Positions 30,544 through 44,861 are shown, numbered from the stretch's first letter. The stretch is DNA of 64,000 nt from an uncultured Gemmatimonadales bacterium (GCA_963828735.1 CAWHFW010000002.1:480001-544000), one strand, 5' to 3'. The notes: generated by a model not told the origin, from the sequence alone. Made by a program: numbers and translations.

Positions 30544-31860
30544 TTACATGTACCGCTGCTGGCGTCCCCGGAACTTCACCCGGCCGGTCTTCATGAAGCC
30601 GTCGTACTTCCGCAGCGTCCGGTGCTGCTCGATCTGGGCGATCGTGTCCAGCAGCACGCCGACGACGATCAGGACCGACGTCCCCCCGAAGCCCTGATTG
30701 GGAATGCCCAGGCCCTTGGAGACCAGGATCGGCAGGAGCGCGATGCCGGCCAGGAAGAGGCCGCCCGGCAAGGTGATCCGCGCCAGCACCCCGTCGATGT
30801 AGTCGGCGGTGCTCGCGCCCGGCTTCACGCCGGGAATGAACCCGCCCTGCTTCTTCAGGTTCTCCGCCAGGTCCACCGAGTTGAAGATGATGGACGTATA
30901 GAAGTAGCTGAACAGCAGGATCAGCACCGCGAACGTGAGATCGTAAGGCAGGTCGCCGGGCTGGAAGAAGCTGGCGATGTCCGTCAGGACCGGGTTCTTG
31001 GTGAAGCTCGCGATGGTGCCCGGGACGATGATGATCGTCTGGGCGAAGATGATCGGCATCACGCCGGCGGTGATCAGCCGGATCGGGATGAAGGTCTTCT
31101 GTCCCTCGCGAATCCGCCCGCGGCCCATCACCTTGCGGGGGATCTGGATCGGGATGCGCCGCGCGGCGATCGTCATGGCCACGACGGCGGCGATGACCGC
31201 CACCAGGATGACCAGGAACAGCACCACGCCCGGGGCGCTGACCACGCCGCTCTTGATGTACTGGACCAGGTGGATGGCCGCCGGCCAGAGCCGCTCGAGG
31301 ATCGAGAACGTGATGAGGAGGCTCATCCCGTTGCCGATGCCGCGCTCGGTGATCTGCTCGCCCAGCCACATCACGAAGATGGCGCCCGTGGTGAGCGTCA
31401 CCACCATGATGAGGCGCGAGGCGAGTCCCGGCGAATCGATGGCGCCGGGGATTGATTCGGTGAACAGCGCGAACGTATAGGCCTGCGACAGCGCGATGAA
31501 CACGGTGAGGTACCGGGTCCACTGCGTGATCTTCTTCTTGCCCTCCTCGTCCTTCTGCATCTTGCCGATCGAGGGCGCGACGCCGCCGGCCAGCTGGAAG
31601 ATGATGGACGCGGAGATGTAGGGCATGATGCCGAGCGCGAAGACCGTGGCCCGGCTGAGGCCGCCGCCCAGAGCGTCATACAGTCCGAAGAACCCGGCGG
31701 CGGCGGAGTTCCGGATGAAGTCGGCCAGCGCGGTGACGTTCACCCCGGGGGCGGCGATATGGGCGCCGACCCGGTAGATGACCAGCGCGAGCAGCGTGAA
31801 CAGCAGCTTGCGCTTGAGCTCGTCGTCGATGGCCAGCGCGGGGACGCGGGGTGTGGTCAC
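30544..31860 (-). CDS. secY: Preprotein translocase SecY
   Basis: LGIMPYISASII, WLGEQITERGIGNG, GGTSVLIVVGV. Confidence 0.98.
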   Translation of the reverse strand: MTTPRVPALAIDDELKRKLLFTLLALVIYRVGAHIAAPGVNVTALADFIRNSAAAGFFGLYDALGGGLSRATVFALGIMPYISASIIFQLAGGVAPSIGKMQKDEEGKKKITQWTRYLTVFIALSQAYTFALFTESIPGAIDSPGLASRLIMVVTLTTGAIFVMWLGEQITERGIGNGMSLLITFSILERLWPAAIHLVQYIKSGVVSAPGVVLFLVILVAVIAAVVAMTIAARRIPIQIPRKVMGRGRIREGQKTFIPIRLITAGVMPIIFAQTIIIVPGTIASFTKNPVLTDIASFFQPGDLPYDLTFAVLILLFSYFYTSIIFNSVDLAENLKKQGGFIPGVKPGASTADYIDGVLARITLPGGLFLAGIALLPILVSKGLGIPNQGFGGTSVLIVVGVLLDTIAQIEQHRTLRKYDGFMKTGRVKFRGRQQRYM

Positions 31861-32307
31861 TTACCCCTCGATCTTGCCGCCGGCCGCCTCGATCTTCGCG
31901 CGCGCCGACGCGGAAAGGGACACGCCACGAACGGTGTAGGCTCGGTCGGCGTCACCGGTGCCCAGGAGCTTCACGGGGGCGTCCGGCCGCCCGATGAGGC
32001 CCGCGGAGTACAACGTCTCGGGGCTCACTTCGGTCGCGCTCACCTTCTTGAGCTGCGCCAGGTTGACCGGCTGGTTCTCGACGCGGAACGGGTTGGTGAA
32101 CCCGCGCTTCGGCAGCCGCCGGTACATCGGCATCTGGCCGCCCTCGAAGCCCGGGTTGGTGCCGCCGCCGGTCCGCGCCTTGTGACCCTTGTGCCCCTTG
32201 CCCGCGGTCTTACCGAGGCCCGACCCCGGGCCGCGACCGACCCGCTTGCGCGCCTGATGGGAGCCCGGCGCGGGCGCGAGATTGGACAGGGTGATCTTGT
32301 CAGCCAT
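31861..32307 (-). CDS. rplO: 50S ribosomal protein uL15
   Basis: RVGRGPGSG.GKT, FEGGQMP. Confidence 0.98.
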   Translation of the reverse strand: MADKITLSNLAPAPGSHQARKRVGRGPGSGLGKTAGKGHKGHKARTGGGTNPGFEGGQMPMYRRLPKRGFTNPFRVENQPVNLAQLKKVSATEVSPETLYSAGLIGRPDAPVKLLGTGDADRAYTVRGVSLSASARAKIEAAGGKIEG

Positions 32308-32326
32308 GCGTGACTCCCAAAAGACA

Positions 32327-32371
32327 GTGAGCGGTGAACCGTGAGCGGTGAGCGGGCTTACCGCTCACCGC
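32327..32371. repeat. Heptamer tandem repeat with inverted arm
   Basis: GTGAGCG GTGAACC GTGAGCG GTGAGCG followed by CCGCTCACCGC. Confidence 0.7.
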
Positions 32372-32631
32372 GTCCCGCTCTCCGCAGGCCGCACCTCGAC
32401 GAGGTGCCGCACCTTGTAGATCATGCCCCGCGCGGATGCCGTGTTCTTGAGCGTCACGGTCTGCTGGTGATGCCTCAGGCCCAGCGCGAGGAGCGTCCGC
32501 CGCATGGTCTCCGAATGTCCGATCGCCGAGCGGATCTGCTTCACGGCGATCGTGCCGGCCTGCTGCTCGGTCGGGACGGCGGCCGCATGATACTCGGGGC
32601 CCTGTCGGCCCACGACGGGATTGCGGCCCAT
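32365..32631 (-). CDS. rpmD: 50S ribosomal protein uL30 (N-terminal extension)
   Basis: KQIRSAIG..LGLR..GMIYKVRHLV; operon position. Confidence 0.93.
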   Translation of the reverse strand: MGRNPVVGRQGPEYHAAAVPTEQQAGTIAVKQIRSAIGHSETMRRTLLALGLRHHQQTVTLKNTASARGMIYKVRHLVEVRPAESGTR

Positions 32632-32632
32632 G

Positions 32633-33313
32633 TCAGCCCTCCTGCCGCGGCTTGTAGGCGATCTGGTCCAGCTCGACGCCGCGCTCGCGCGCGATCTGCC
32701 GAGCGCTCACCAGCTGGCTCAGGCCGTCCATCGTGGCGCGTACCATGTTGTGCGCGTTGGACGAGCCCAGGCTCTTGGTGAGGATGTCGGTGATGCCGGC
32801 GCACTCGAGCACCGCGCGCACCGGACCGCCGGCAATGACGCCGGTCCCGGTGGCGGCGGGCTTGAGCAGGACCCGGCCGGCTCCGTGCCGGCCCACGACC
32901 TCGTGGGGAATGGTGGAGCCGGTCTTGGGCAGCTCGACCATCGACCGCTTGGCGGCGTCGACGGCCTTGCGAACCGCCTCGCTCACCTCGTTGGCCTTAC
33001 CGGTCGCGATGCCGACCTTGGTCTTGCCGTCGCCCACCGCCACGAGGGCGTTGAACGAGAACCGCCGGCCGCCCTTCACGACCTTGGCCACCCGGTTGAT
33101 GGCGATGACGTTCTCGACGTGGTCGCTCTGATGCTCGCGGTCGCCGCGATCGCGACGCGGCCCACCGCGCCCGCCACGGTCCCCGCCGCCGCGACCGCCG
33201 CGCCCGCGAGACCGGTCGCCGGCGGGCCGCTGCTCGGCACTCGCCGGGGCCTCGGGCGTCTGGGCGGGCGCCTGCGCGGGCGTCTGTTCGCTGCCTGTCG
33301 TCTCGTCAGCCAT
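32633..33313 (-). CDS. rpsE: 30S ribosomal protein uS5
   Basis: [24 protein letters not shown]. Confidence 0.98.
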   Translation of the reverse strand: MADETTGSEQTPAQAPAQTPEAPASAEQRPAGDRSRGRGGRGGGDRGGRGGPRRDRGDREHQSDHVENVIAINRVAKVVKGGRRFSFNALVAVGDGKTKVGIATGKANEVSEAVRKAVDAAKRSMVELPKTGSTIPHEVVGRHGAGRVLLKPAATGTGVIAGGPVRAVLECAGITDILTKSLGSSNAHNMVRATMDGLSQLVSARQIARERGVELDQIAYKPRQEG

Positions 33314-33685
33314 TTAGAACTCCAGTCCGCCTTCGCGCGCGCCGTCGGCGACGGCCTGCACGCGACCATGGTAACGGTAGCCGGCGCGGTCGAACACCAC
33401 CCGGGTCACTCCCGCCGCCTTGGCCTTCTCGGCCAGCAGCTTTCCCACCGCCTTGCCGCGGGCCACCTTGCCCTTGCCGTCGATCTGCACACCCTCGGTC
33501 GTGTCGCCCACGCCGAGCAGGGTGACGCCGAGATCGTCGTTGACGAGCTGGGCGTAGATGTGCTTGAGCGAGCGGAAGACGACCAGCCGCGGACGCTCCG
33601 CGGTCCCGGTCACCCGCTGGCGAACCCGGAGGTGCCGGCGGTAGCGTAACTGGCTGCGAGTCTTCGGCGCGTGAATGGTGCGCAT
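33314..33685 (-). CDS. rplR: 50S ribosomal protein uL18
   Basis: [29 protein letters not shown]. Confidence 0.98.
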   Translation of the reverse strand: MRTIHAPKTRSQLRYRRHLRVRQRVTGTAERPRLVVFRSLKHIYAQLVNDDLGVTLLGVGDTTEGVQIDGKGKVARGKAVGKLLAEKAKAAGVTRVVFDRAGYRYHGRVQAVADGAREGGLEF

Positions 33686-33688
33686 GGC

Positions 33689-34228
33689 TTACTTGGCTCC
33701 TGTCTTGCCGGCCTTGCGGCGGACCTGCTCGCCCTGGTAGCGCACGCCCTTGCCCTTGTACGGCTCCGGCGGCCGCACCGCGCGCAGCTCGGCCGCGACC
33801 TGGCCGACGATCTCCTTGTCGGCGCCCTCGATCTTCACAACCGTGTTGTTCTCGACCGAGATCTTGATGCCCTTGGGGGCCTCGTACTTCACCGGGTGCG
33901 AGAACCCGACGATGAGGTTGACGCCGTAGGGCTTGGCCTCGGCCTTGTAGCCGACGCCCTGGATCTCCAGGGTCTTGCTGAACCCCTTGGTCACCCCGTC
34001 GACCATGTTCTGGACGAGGGTGCGCGAGAGCCCGTGCAGGGCCTTATGCCTGGGCTCGTCGTCGGGCCGGGTCACCGTGAAGTTCCCGTCGGCCAGCGCC
34101 AGCTTCATGGAGGGGTGCAGCGTGCGCCGGAGCTCGCCCTTGGGGCCCTTCACCGCGACCGTGTTGCCCTGCAGGTCGAAGGTGACGCCCTGGGGAACGG
34201 CCACCGGCTTCTTGCCGATTCGCGACAT
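33689..34228 (-). CDS. rplF: 50S ribosomal protein uL6
   Basis: MSRIGK, PEPYKGKG. Confidence 0.98.
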   Translation of the reverse strand: MSRIGKKPVAVPQGVTFDLQGNTVAVKGPKGELRRTLHPSMKLALADGNFTVTRPDDEPRHKALHGLSRTLVQNMVDGVTKGFSKTLEIQGVGYKAEAKPYGVNLIVGFSHPVKYEAPKGIKISVENNTVVKIEGADKEIVGQVAAELRAVRPPEPYKGKGVRYQGEQVRRKAGKTGAK

Positions 34229-34236
34229 CGCCCCTC

Positions 34237-34632
34237 CTACCAGACCACGGCGAGGAGCTCGCCGCCGAGGTTGGCGCTCCGGGCCTCGCGGTCGGTCATC
34301 AACCCCTTCGGGGTCGAGACGATCGCCATGCCGAGACCGTTCTTGACTCGCGGCAGCTCGCGGCACTTCACGTAGCGCCGCAGGCCGGGCGTCGAGACGC
34401 GCCGGAGCTCACGAATGACCGGGAGCTCGTTGTGATACTTCAGGTACAACCGCAGCACGCCGTGCGCGCCGTCATCGAGAATCTTGTAGTCCGCGATGTA
34501 GTGGTTGTCCCGGAGCAACCGGGCCACCTCGCTCTTGAGCTTGCTCACCGGCATGTCGACGCGCCGATGGCCCGCCGAGCAGGCGTTCCGGATGCGGGTC
34601 AGCATATCCGCGACGGGATCTGTCAGGCTCAT
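34237..34632 (-). CDS. rpsH: 30S ribosomal protein uS8
   Basis: DPVADMLTRIRNA, STPGLRRY, GGE. Confidence 0.98.
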   Translation of the reverse strand: MSLTDPVADMLTRIRNACSAGHRRVDMPVSKLKSEVARLLRDNHYIADYKILDDGAHGVLRLYLKYHNELPVIRELRRVSTPGLRRYVKCRELPRVKNGLGMAIVSTPKGLMTDREARSANLGGELLAVVW

Positions 34633-34645
34633 TCCCTCGTTCCCC

Positions 34646-34831
34646 TTACCAGCTGGCCTTGCGCACGCCCGGGATTTCCCCCTTGAGGGCGAGCTCACGG
34701 AAACAAATACGGCAGAGGCCGAACTTCCGCAGCACGGCGCGGCTGCGACCGCAGCGCTGGCAGCGGCGCACCCTGCGCACCTTGAACTTCGGAGTACGCT
34801 TGGCTCTCTCGATCCAAGAAGTCTTTGCCAT
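34646..34831 (-). CDS. rpsN: 30S ribosomal protein uS14, zinc-binding (type Z)
   Basis: RCQRCGR...LCRICFR...KASW. Confidence 0.97.
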   Translation of the reverse strand: MAKTSWIERAKRTPKFKVRRVRRCQRCGRSRAVLRKFGLCRICFRELALKGEIPGVRKASW

Positions 34832-35527
34832 TTACGCAACCCTCTGAGGAGTCTCGCCCCGGAACGGCCATCCGAGCTCACGCAGGAGCGCCATCGCCAG
34901 GTCGTCCCGGTCGGTCGAGGTCACGATCGTGATGTCCATCCCGTGGATCTTCTCGACCTTGTCGTAGTTGATCTCCGGGAAGATCATCTGCTCCTTGATC
35001 CCGAACGTGTAGTTCCCGCGTCCATCGAAGCTCCGGTTGGGGAGCCCGCGGAAGTCGCGGATCCGGGGGATCGCCAGCGTGATGAAGCGATCCAGGAACT
35101 CGTACATCCGGGCCTTGCGGAGCGTCACCGTGCAGCCGACCGGCATGCCCGCCCGGAGGCCGAAGTTGGCGATCGCCTTCTTGGCCCGGGTCACCGTGGC
35201 GTGCTGACCGGTGATGAGGCCCAGCTCCTCGACGGCGGCCTCGAGCTGCTTCGGGTTCTTCCCCGCGTCGCCCATGCCGATGTTGAGCACGACCTTTTCC
35301 AGGTGCGGGACCTGGTGGCGGTTCGGGAGCCCGAAGTCCTTCTGAAGCTTGGCCCGGACCGTCTTCTCGTAGTACTCCTGCAACCGCGGTATCCCCTCCG
35401 CCGCCTTGGGCGCGTGGTCCACCGCGCCGGCCGGCGCCTTCTCCTTCTTGCCTTTGCTCGGCGCGCCCTCGGGGGCGCTCTTCTTGGGCGCCTTTTCCTT
35501 CGGCGCCTTCTCTTGCGTCTCGGCCAT
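34832..35527 (-). CDS. rplE: 50S ribosomal protein uL5 (N-terminal extension)
   Basis: [22 protein letters not shown]. Confidence 0.98.
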   Translation of the reverse strand: MAETQEKAPKEKAPKKSAPEGAPSKGKKEKAPAGAVDHAPKAAEGIPRLQEYYEKTVRAKLQKDFGLPNRHQVPHLEKVVLNIGMGDAGKNPKQLEAAVEELGLITGQHATVTRAKKAIANFGLRAGMPVGCTVTLRKARMYEFLDRFITLAIPRIRDFRGLPNRSFDGRGNYTFGIKEQMIFPEINYDKVEKIHGMDITIVTSTDRDDLAMALLRELGWPFRGETPQRVA

Positions 35528-35529
35528 CG

Positions 35530-35910
35530 TTACCGGTTCCTCGGGATCGACTGATCCGACTTCACGGCGATCCGCTCCACCGTCCCGTCGGCGTCCTTCC
35601 GCCGGCGCACGCGCGTGGGCTCACCGCTCTTCGGATCCAGCAGCATCACCTTCGAGTGATGGATCGGGGCCTCGCGCTCGATGATCCCCGCCTCCGCCGT
35701 CTGGGTCTGGCGCTGATGGCGCTTGATCATGTTCACGCCCTGCACCGTGACCCGGCCCGTCTTGGGGTCCACGCGGAGCACCGCTCCGCGCTTGCCCTTG
35801 TCGTCGCCCGAGATCACCTGGACGGTGTCGCCCTTGGTGACGTGCAGGCGCATCCGCACGGGCGCCTGGTGGCGCACCCGCTTCGCCTTCTTGTACACGA
35901 GCGGCTTCAT
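35530..35910 (-). CDS. rplX: 50S ribosomal protein uL24
   Basis: [24 protein letters not shown]. Confidence 0.97.
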   Translation of the reverse strand: MKPLVYKKAKRVRHQAPVRMRLHVTKGDTVQVISGDDKGKRGAVLRVDPKTGRVTVQGVNMIKRHQRQTQTAEAGIIEREAPIHHSKVMLLDPKSGEPTRVRRRKDADGTVERIAVKSDQSIPRNR

Positions 35911-35911
35911 G

Positions 35912-36280
35912 CTACAGCACCTCCGGCGCGAGCGAGACGATCTTCATGTACCGCTTCTCGCGCAGCTCGCGGGCGACCGGGCCGAAGATGCGGGTGGCCC
36001 GGGGCTCGCCGTTGTCGGTAATGAGGACCGCGGCGTTCTCATCGAACCGGATGTAGGAGCCGTCCTTGCGACGGGTCTCCTTGGCCGTCCGCACGATGAC
36101 CGCCTTGGCCACGTCGCCCTTCTTCACCTGGCCCGTCGGGATGGCGTCCTTGATGGCCACCACCACGATGTCGCCGAGCCCGGCGTAGCGACGCTTGCTG
36201 CCGCCGAGCACGCGGATGACGAGCGCGCGCCGGGCGCCCGAGTTGTCCGCGATGCGGAGAATGGATTCCTGTTGGACCAT
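35912..36280 (-). CDS. rplN: 50S ribosomal protein uL14
   Basis: [20 protein letters not shown]. Confidence 0.98.
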   Translation of the reverse strand: MVQQESILRIADNSGARRALVIRVLGGSKRRYAGLGDIVVVAIKDAIPTGQVKKGDVAKAVIVRTAKETRRKDGSYIRFDENAAVLITDNGEPRATRIFGPVARELREKRYMKIVSLAPEVL

Positions 36281-36281
36281 G

Positions 36282-36569
36282 TTACTTCGCCCTTTCGACG
36301 ACCTCGGTCACCCGCCAGCGGACCGTCTTCGCGAGCGGCCGCGTCTCCATGATGCGCACGGTGTCGCCGGCGTGGGCGGCGCCCTCACCCTCGACGTTCC
36401 GCGCCTTCACCTTCTTCGTCCGGGTCACCTGCTTGCCGTAGACGGGATGGGCGTAGCGGCGCACCAACGAGACGGTGACCGTCTTGGTCATCTTGTCGCT
36501 GGTCACGACGCCCGTACGGGTCTTGCGGCGGGCCCGGCCCGCGGTCTGGGTCTGCTGCTGCTCAGCCAT
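36282..36569 (-). CDS. rpsQ: 30S ribosomal protein uS17
   Basis: [17 protein letters not shown]. Confidence 0.97.
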   Translation of the reverse strand: MAEQQQTQTAGRARRKTRTGVVTSDKMTKTVTVSLVRRYAHPVYGKQVTRTKKVKARNVEGEGAAHAGDTVRIMETRPLAKTVRWRVTEVVERAK

Positions 36570-36759
36570 TGCCCACGTCCTTGTCCCCGAGGATCGTCTT
36601 CAGCCGCGCGATGTCGCGCCGGAGCGCGCGGAACCGCATGGGGTTCTCGATCGACTCGGTGGCGGAGCGAAAGCGCAGGTTGAAGCGCTCGGTCACGAGC
36701 TCCTCCAGCTTGGCCTTGATGTCCTCCACCGACATCTCCCGGATTTCGTTCGCCTTCAT
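36562..36759 (-). CDS. rpmC: 50S ribosomal protein uL29
   Basis: MKANEIR, FNLRF, RRDIARLKT. Confidence 0.97.
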   Translation of the reverse strand: MKANEIREMSVEDIKAKLEELVTERFNLRFRSATESIENPMRFRALRRDIARLKTILGDKDVGNG

Positions 36760-36762
36760 CGC

Positions 36763-37176
36763 TCAGGTCTCCTCGCGCTTCACGAAGCGCGTCTTCACCG
36801 GCAGCTTGGCGGAGGCCAGCGCCATGGCCTTCTTGGCCAGGTCCTCGCTGATGCCCTCGATCTCGAACATCACGCGGCCGGGCTTCACCACGGCCACCCA
36901 GCCCTCCGGGTTGCCCTTGCCCTTCCCCATGCGGGTCTCGGCCGGCTTCTTCGTGATCGGCTTGTCCGGGAAGATCCGGATCCACACCTTGCCGCCGCGC
37001 TTCATCTCGCGGGTCATCGCGACGCGCGAGGCCTCGATCTGGCGGTTGGTCACCCAGCCCGGCTCCAGGCTCATGAGGCCGAACTCGCCGAACGCGACGG
37101 TGTTGCCCCGGCCGGCGATACCGCGGGTGCGACCCTTGAACTGCTTGCGGAACTTGATTCGCTTGGGCGCGAGCAT
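36763..37176 (-). CDS. rplP: 50S ribosomal protein uL16
   Basis: MLAPKR, RMGKGKG. Confidence 0.98.
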   Translation of the reverse strand: MLAPKRIKFRKQFKGRTRGIAGRGNTVAFGEFGLMSLEPGWVTNRQIEASRVAMTREMKRGGKVWIRIFPDKPITKKPAETRMGKGKGNPEGWVAVVKPGRVMFEIEGISEDLAKKAMALASAKLPVKTRFVKREET

Positions 37177-37181
37177 CGGCC

Positions 37182-37841
37182 TCAGGCCCCCGTGCTATAG
37201 GTGCGGCCGGACATGTCCTCGATCACCTCGCCCTTGAAGATCCAGACCTTGATCCCGATCGTGCCGTAGGTCGTCTTCGCGGTGCTGGTGGCGTAGTCGA
37301 TGTCCGCCCGCAGCGTGTGCAGGGGCACCCGCCCCTCGTGATAGCCCTCGGTGCGCGCGATCTCCGCGCCGCCCAGGCGGCCGGCCGCGCGGACCTTGAT
37401 GCCCTGCGCGCCCATCCGCATGGCGCTCTGCACCGCGCGCTTCATGGCGCGGCGGAACGAGATGCGCTGGGTGAGCTGGTGCGCGATGTTGTCGCCCACC
37501 AGCTGGGCCGAGAGCTCGGGCCGCTTGATCTCTTCCACGTTGATGGCGGCTTCCTTGCCGGTGAGCTGGGCCAGCTCGTCGCGCAGCTTGTCCACCTCGG
37601 CGCCGCGCTTCCCGATGACCACGCCCGGCCGCCCGGTGTGCACCGTGATGGTGACCTTGCCGGGGCGGCGCTCGATGTCGATCTGGGCGATCGCCGCGTG
37701 GCCCAGCCGGGTCTTCAGGTACTTCCGGACGAGCTCGTCCTCCTTGAGCAGCGCCGGCATGTCCTTGTCCGCGTACCAGCGTGACGAGGACTGCTTGACG
37801 ATGCCGAGCCGGAGCCCGATCGGATGCGTCTTCTGGCCCAT
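37182..37841 (-). CDS. rpsC: 30S ribosomal protein uS3
   Basis: [28 protein letters not shown]. Confidence 0.98.
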   Translation of the reverse strand: MGQKTHPIGLRLGIVKQSSSRWYADKDMPALLKEDELVRKYLKTRLGHAAIAQIDIERRPGKVTITVHTGRPGVVIGKRGAEVDKLRDELAQLTGKEAAINVEEIKRPELSAQLVGDNIAHQLTQRISFRRAMKRAVQSAMRMGAQGIKVRAAGRLGGAEIARTEGYHEGRVPLHTLRADIDYATSTAKTTYGTIGIKVWIFKGEVIEDMSGRTYSTGA

Positions 37842-37842
37842 G

Positions 37843-38199
37843 TTACTCGCTCTCCTTGCTGTCCACGTGGATCTCCACGTGGCTGGTGCGCTTCCGGATC
37901 GGCGTCGCCCGGCCCTGGGCCGCGGCGGTGAACCGCTTGAGCGGCTGGCCGCCGTTCACGATCGCCTTGCTGACGACGAGCGCGTCCGGATCGAACCGCT
38001 CGTTGTCCTTGAGCGCCTTCTGCTCCGCGTTGGCGACCGCCGACTTGAGCGTCTTGGCGATCTGCTTGGCCGCGAGCTTCTTGTTGAACTTGAGGATCGC
38101 GTACGCCTCGTTCACGTCCTTGCCGCGAATGAGGTCGATCACGAGCCGCATCTTCCGGGGCGACTGGCGCACCAGCCGCTGAATCGCATGGCCGCTCAT
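37843..38199 (-). CDS. rplV: 50S ribosomal protein uL22
   Basis: [21 protein letters not shown]. Confidence 0.97.
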   Translation of the reverse strand: MSGHAIQRLVRQSPRKMRLVIDLIRGKDVNEAYAILKFNKKLAAKQIAKTLKSAVANAEQKALKDNERFDPDALVVSKAIVNGGQPLKRFTAAAQGRATPIRKRTSHVEIHVDSKESE

Positions 38200-38201
38200 G
38201 G

Positions 38202-38492
38202 TTACTCCGGCTTGGCCTTCTTGTCGGCCACGATCTTCCCGCTGTGCCCGCGGAAGAGTCGGGTGGGCGCGAACTCGCCCAGCTTGTGGCCCACCATGTT
38301 CTCGGTGACGTACACCGGGACGAACTTGTTCCCGTTGTGCACCGCGAAGGTGTGGCCCACGAACTCGGGCAGGATGGTGCTCGCCCGGCTCCACGTCTTG
38401 ACCACGCGCTTCTCGTTCTTGCTGTTCAGGACCATCACCTTCGTCATCAGCGACTCCTGGACGAAGGGGCCCTTCTTCACGCTGCGCGCCAT
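38202..38492 (-). CDS. rpsS: 30S ribosomal protein uS19
   Basis: [25 protein letters not shown]. Confidence 0.98.
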   Translation of the reverse strand: MARSVKKGPFVQESLMTKVMVLNSKNEKRVVKTWSRASTILPEFVGHTFAVHNGNKFVPVYVTENMVGHKLGEFAPTRLFRGHSGKIVADKKAKPE

Positions 38493-39331
38493 TACTGGGT
38501 CGCCTTCCCGCGCTTCCGACCGCGCACGATGAGCTTGGTGGACTGCTTCTTCCGGTGTCGGGTCTTCCGGCCTTCGACCTTGCCCCACGGGCTCGTCGGC
38601 GGACGGCCGCCCGAGCTCTTGCCCTCACCACCGCCGAGCGGGTGATCCACCGGGTTCATGGCCACGCCGCGGACCTTGGGCCGCTTGCCGAGCCAGCGGG
38701 ACTTGCCGGCCTTGCCGACCGAGAGCAGCTCGTGCTCGGCGTTCCCCACCTCGCCGATCGTGGCGAGGCAGCGACCGTGCACCAGGCGCATCTCGGTGGA
38801 GCGGAGCCGCAGCGTGACGTACTCGCCTTCCTTGGCGACCACCTGCGCGCTGGAGCCGGCGGTCCGGGCGAGCTGGCCGCCCTTCCCGATCTTGAGCTCG
38901 ATATTGTGCACCGACGTGCCGAGCGGTACCTCGGACAGCGGCAGCGCGTTCCCGGTCCGGCTGTCCGACCCCGGCCCCGAGACGACCACGTCGCCCTGGT
39001 TCAGCCCCTTGGGATGCAGGATGTACCGCTTCTCGCCGTCGGCATACACGATGAGGGCGATGCGCGCGCTCCGGTTCGGATCGTACTCGATCTCGGCGAC
39101 CTTCCCGGGGATCCCGAACTTGTTGCGCTTGAAGTCGATCTTCCGGTACTGCCGCTTGTGCCCGCCGCCCCGGTGCCGCGACGTCAGGTGGCCGAGGTTG
39201 TTGCGGCCGCCGGACTTCTTCATCGGCTCGAGGAGCGACTTCTCGGGCGTGGCGCGGGTGATCTCGTCGAACCCGCTGACCGACTTGAAGCGCGTGGCGG
39301 CCGTCATCGGCCGGAATTGACGGATGCTCAT
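38492..39331 (-). CDS. rplB: 50S ribosomal protein uL2
   Basis: [21 protein letters not shown]. Confidence 0.99.
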   Translation of the reverse strand: MSIRQFRPMTAATRFKSVSGFDEITRATPEKSLLEPMKKSGGRNNLGHLTSRHRGGGHKRQYRKIDFKRNKFGIPGKVAEIEYDPNRSARIALIVYADGEKRYILHPKGLNQGDVVVSGPGSDSRTGNALPLSEVPLGTSVHNIELKIGKGGQLARTAGSSAQVVAKEGEYVTLRLRSTEMRLVHGRCLATIGEVGNAEHELLSVGKAGKSRWLGKRPKVRGVAMNPVDHPLGGGEGKSSGGRPPTSPWGKVEGRKTRHRKKQSTKLIVRGRKRGKATQ

Positions 39332-39332
39332 C

Positions 39333-39620
39333 TCAGCCCTCGAACACGGCGATCGAGTCGCCGTCCTTGAGCGTGACCACGGCCTTCTTCCAGCGCGCCG
39401 TCGTCCCGCGGGTGCGGCCGCGCGTGACGGCGTGGCGGCGCATCTGCATGGTGCGGACGCCGGTGGCCGTGACGCCGAACAGCTTCTGCAGCGCGTCGCG
39501 GATCTGGTACTTGTTCGCGTCGGGGTGCACCTCGAAGGTGTACACCTTGCCCGTCTGGTACGCGGCCGAGCTCTTCTCGGTGACCACTGGGCGGACGATG
39601 ATCTCGTGCAGGGCGGGCAT
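39333..39620 (-). CDS. rplW: 50S ribosomal protein uL23
   Basis: [15 protein letters not shown]. Confidence 0.97.
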   Translation of the reverse strand: MPALHEIIVRPVVTEKSSAAYQTGKVYTFEVHPDANKYQIRDALQKLFGVTATGVRTMQMRRHAVTRGRTRGTTARWKKAVVTLKDGDSIAVFEG

Positions 39621-40489
39621 TACTTGTCCCCCTTCTTCCTCTTCGGCGCGGCCTTCTTCGCGCTCTTGGCCGTGCTCTTCTTGGCCGCCTTCGGCGCGGC
39701 CTTCTTGGCGGCCTTGGCGGTGCTCTTCTTGGCGGCCTTCGCCGCCTTGGCGGACTTGGTCGCCGCCGCCTTCGCGGTCTTCTTGGCCGCCTTCGCCGTC
39801 TTGGGCCGAGCCGCGGAGGGCGCGCGCTTCTGCCGCTCCTCGAGGCCCGGTAGCTCCTCGCCGTCCAGCTCGCGGGTTTCCCCCGTGAAGGCGCCCTCCT
39901 CGACCACCACGGCGTCAGCCCAGAGGACATCGTACGCCGCGGCCTGCGCGTAGGGCATCACTGCGACCGACGGGAGATTGCGCCCACTCAGGTAGAGGGC
40001 CTCGTTGGCCGCAGCGCTCAGCACCAGCACCTTCCGGTCGGCCAGGCCAAGGCTCGCCAGCAACGCCGCGAGCCGCGCGGTCTTGGGCGTCCGGAACGCG
40101 AACTGCTCAACCACGTGCAGGGCGCCTTCGCGAGCGCGCGCGTTGAGCGCGCTTTTCCGCGCGAGCTGCTTCACCTTCCGCGGGATGTCCGTGCGGTAGT
40201 CGCGTGGAATCGGGCCGAACACGATGCCGCCGCCACGCCAATGCGGAGCGCGGGTGGAGCCTTGCCGGGCGCGGCCGGTGCCCTTCTGCTTCCAGGGCTT
40301 CTGGTTGCCGCCCGAGACGAAGCTCCGGGTCTTGGTCTTCGCGGTGCCCTGACGCTGGTTGTTCAGGAACACCTTGACCGCCTGGTGCAGCACCGGCTCG
40401 TTCACGGTGCCGTCGAAGGTGTCGGCCGGGAGCGCGAACGATCCGTCGCGCCTGGCGCCGGCCGGCGTGTAGTGCGGGGCCTCAATCAT
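39620..40489 (-). CDS. rplD: 50S ribosomal protein uL4 with Lys/Ala-rich C-terminal tail
   Basis: KPWKQKGTGRARQGS, GGGIVFGP; tail AKAAKK repeats. Confidence 0.97.
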   Translation of the reverse strand: MIEAPHYTPAGARRDGSFALPADTFDGTVNEPVLHQAVKVFLNNQRQGTAKTKTRSFVSGGNQKPWKQKGTGRARQGSTRAPHWRGGGIVFGPIPRDYRTDIPRKVKQLARKSALNARAREGALHVVEQFAFRTPKTARLAALLASLGLADRKVLVLSAAANEALYLSGRNLPSVAVMPYAQAAAYDVLWADAVVVEEGAFTGETRELDGEELPGLEERQKRAPSAARPKTAKAAKKTAKAAATKSAKAAKAAKKSTAKAAKKAAPKAAKKSTAKSAKKAAPKRKKGDK

Positions 40490-41105
40490 GACGGCTCGGG
40501 CCTCCCTGCTTGGCCACGGTGACGATCCCGTTCTTGGCGCCCGGGATGGCGCCCCGGACGAACAGGAGATTGCGCTCGGCATCCACCTTGACCACGGTGA
40601 GCCCGAGCTCGGTGTGGCGCGCGGCGCCCATGTGGCCCGGCATCCGCTTGCCCTTGATGACGCGCGACGGGTCGGTGCCGGGGCTGATCGAGCCGGGCTT
40701 CCGGTGCCGCGTGTTGCCGTGGGTGGCCGGACCGCCGCCGAAGCCGTGGCGATGCACCACACCCTGGAACCCGCGGCCCTTGGTGGTGCCGGTGACCTTC
40801 ACCAGCTCGCCGGCGGCGAAGATGTCGACCTTGACCTCGGCGCCGGGCGTGGGCGCGTCGCCCGCGGTGGCGAAGGTGCGGAGCACCTGGGGCGCCGCCT
40901 CGAGCCCCGCCTTCTTGGCGTGGCCCAGCTCGGCCTTCGTCGTGCGCGTGGCCCGCCGCGCGCCGAAGCCCAGCTGCACGCCGCCGTTCCGCACCTGGAC
41001 GACGCGGCAGGGGCCGGCCTCGATCACCGTTACCGGCACCGCGGTGCCGTCTTCCGCGAAGACCCGGGTCATCCCGAGCTTGCGGCCGATCAATCCGTTC
41101 GTCAT
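40482..41105 (-). CDS. rplC: 50S ribosomal protein uL3
   Basis: [20 protein letters not shown]. Confidence 0.98.
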   Translation of the reverse strand: MTNGLIGRKLGMTRVFAEDGTAVPVTVIEAGPCRVVQVRNGGVQLGFGARRATRTTKAELGHAKKAGLEAAPQVLRTFATAGDAPTPGAEVKVDIFAAGELVKVTGTTKGRGFQGVVHRHGFGGGPATHGNTRHRKPGSISPGTDPSRVIKGKRMPGHMGAARHTELGLTVVKVDAERNLLFVRGAIPGAKNGIVTVAKQGGPSRHD

Positions 41106-41118
41106 CGCTGGGATCCGC

Positions 41119-41427
41119 CTATTCGACCTTGATCTCGACATCGACCCCCGCCGGGAGGTCGAGCTTCGTCAGCGCGTCCATCGTCTGCGGACGGGAATCG
41201 TTGATGTCCAGGAGCCGCTTGTGCGTGCGCAGCTCGAACTGCTCCCGGCTCTTCTTGTCGACGTGCGGGCTCCGGAGCACCGTCCACCGCTCGGTCTTGA
41301 CCGGCAGCGGGATCGGTCCCGACACCTGCGCGCCGGTCTTCTCGGCGGTGCGCACGATGTCCGCGGCAGCCTGGTCGAGCACGACGTGGTCGAAGGCCTT
41401 CAAGCGGATGCGAATCTTTTGAGCCAT
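41119..41427 (-). CDS. rpsJ: 30S ribosomal protein uS10
   Basis: [21 protein letters not shown]. Confidence 0.98.
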   Translation of the reverse strand: MAQKIRIRLKAFDHVVLDQAAADIVRTAEKTGAQVSGPIPLPVKTERWTVLRSPHVDKKSREQFELRTHKRLLDINDSRPQTMDALTKLDLPAGVDVEIKVE

Positions 41428-41452
41428 CTCGGTCCTCTCCGGTCGGTCCGGC

Positions 41453-42655
<1,203 letters not shown>

Positions 42656-42692
42656 GGTCGCGTTGCCCCGGTGTCCTGTTGGGTGCCTGGTT

Positions 42693-42759
42693 CAGGCGGT
42701 GGACGGTCAGCGGGTCCGATGGCCGGTACCTTCCGACCGTCCTCCCTGTCGACCGCCTG
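42693..42759. repeat. Intergenic inverted repeat between fusA and tuf
   Basis: CAGGCGGT GGACGGTC ... GACCGTCC ... ACCGCCTG. Confidence 0.6.
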
Positions 42760-42764
42760 CCCGC

Positions 42765-44861
<2,097 letters not shown>

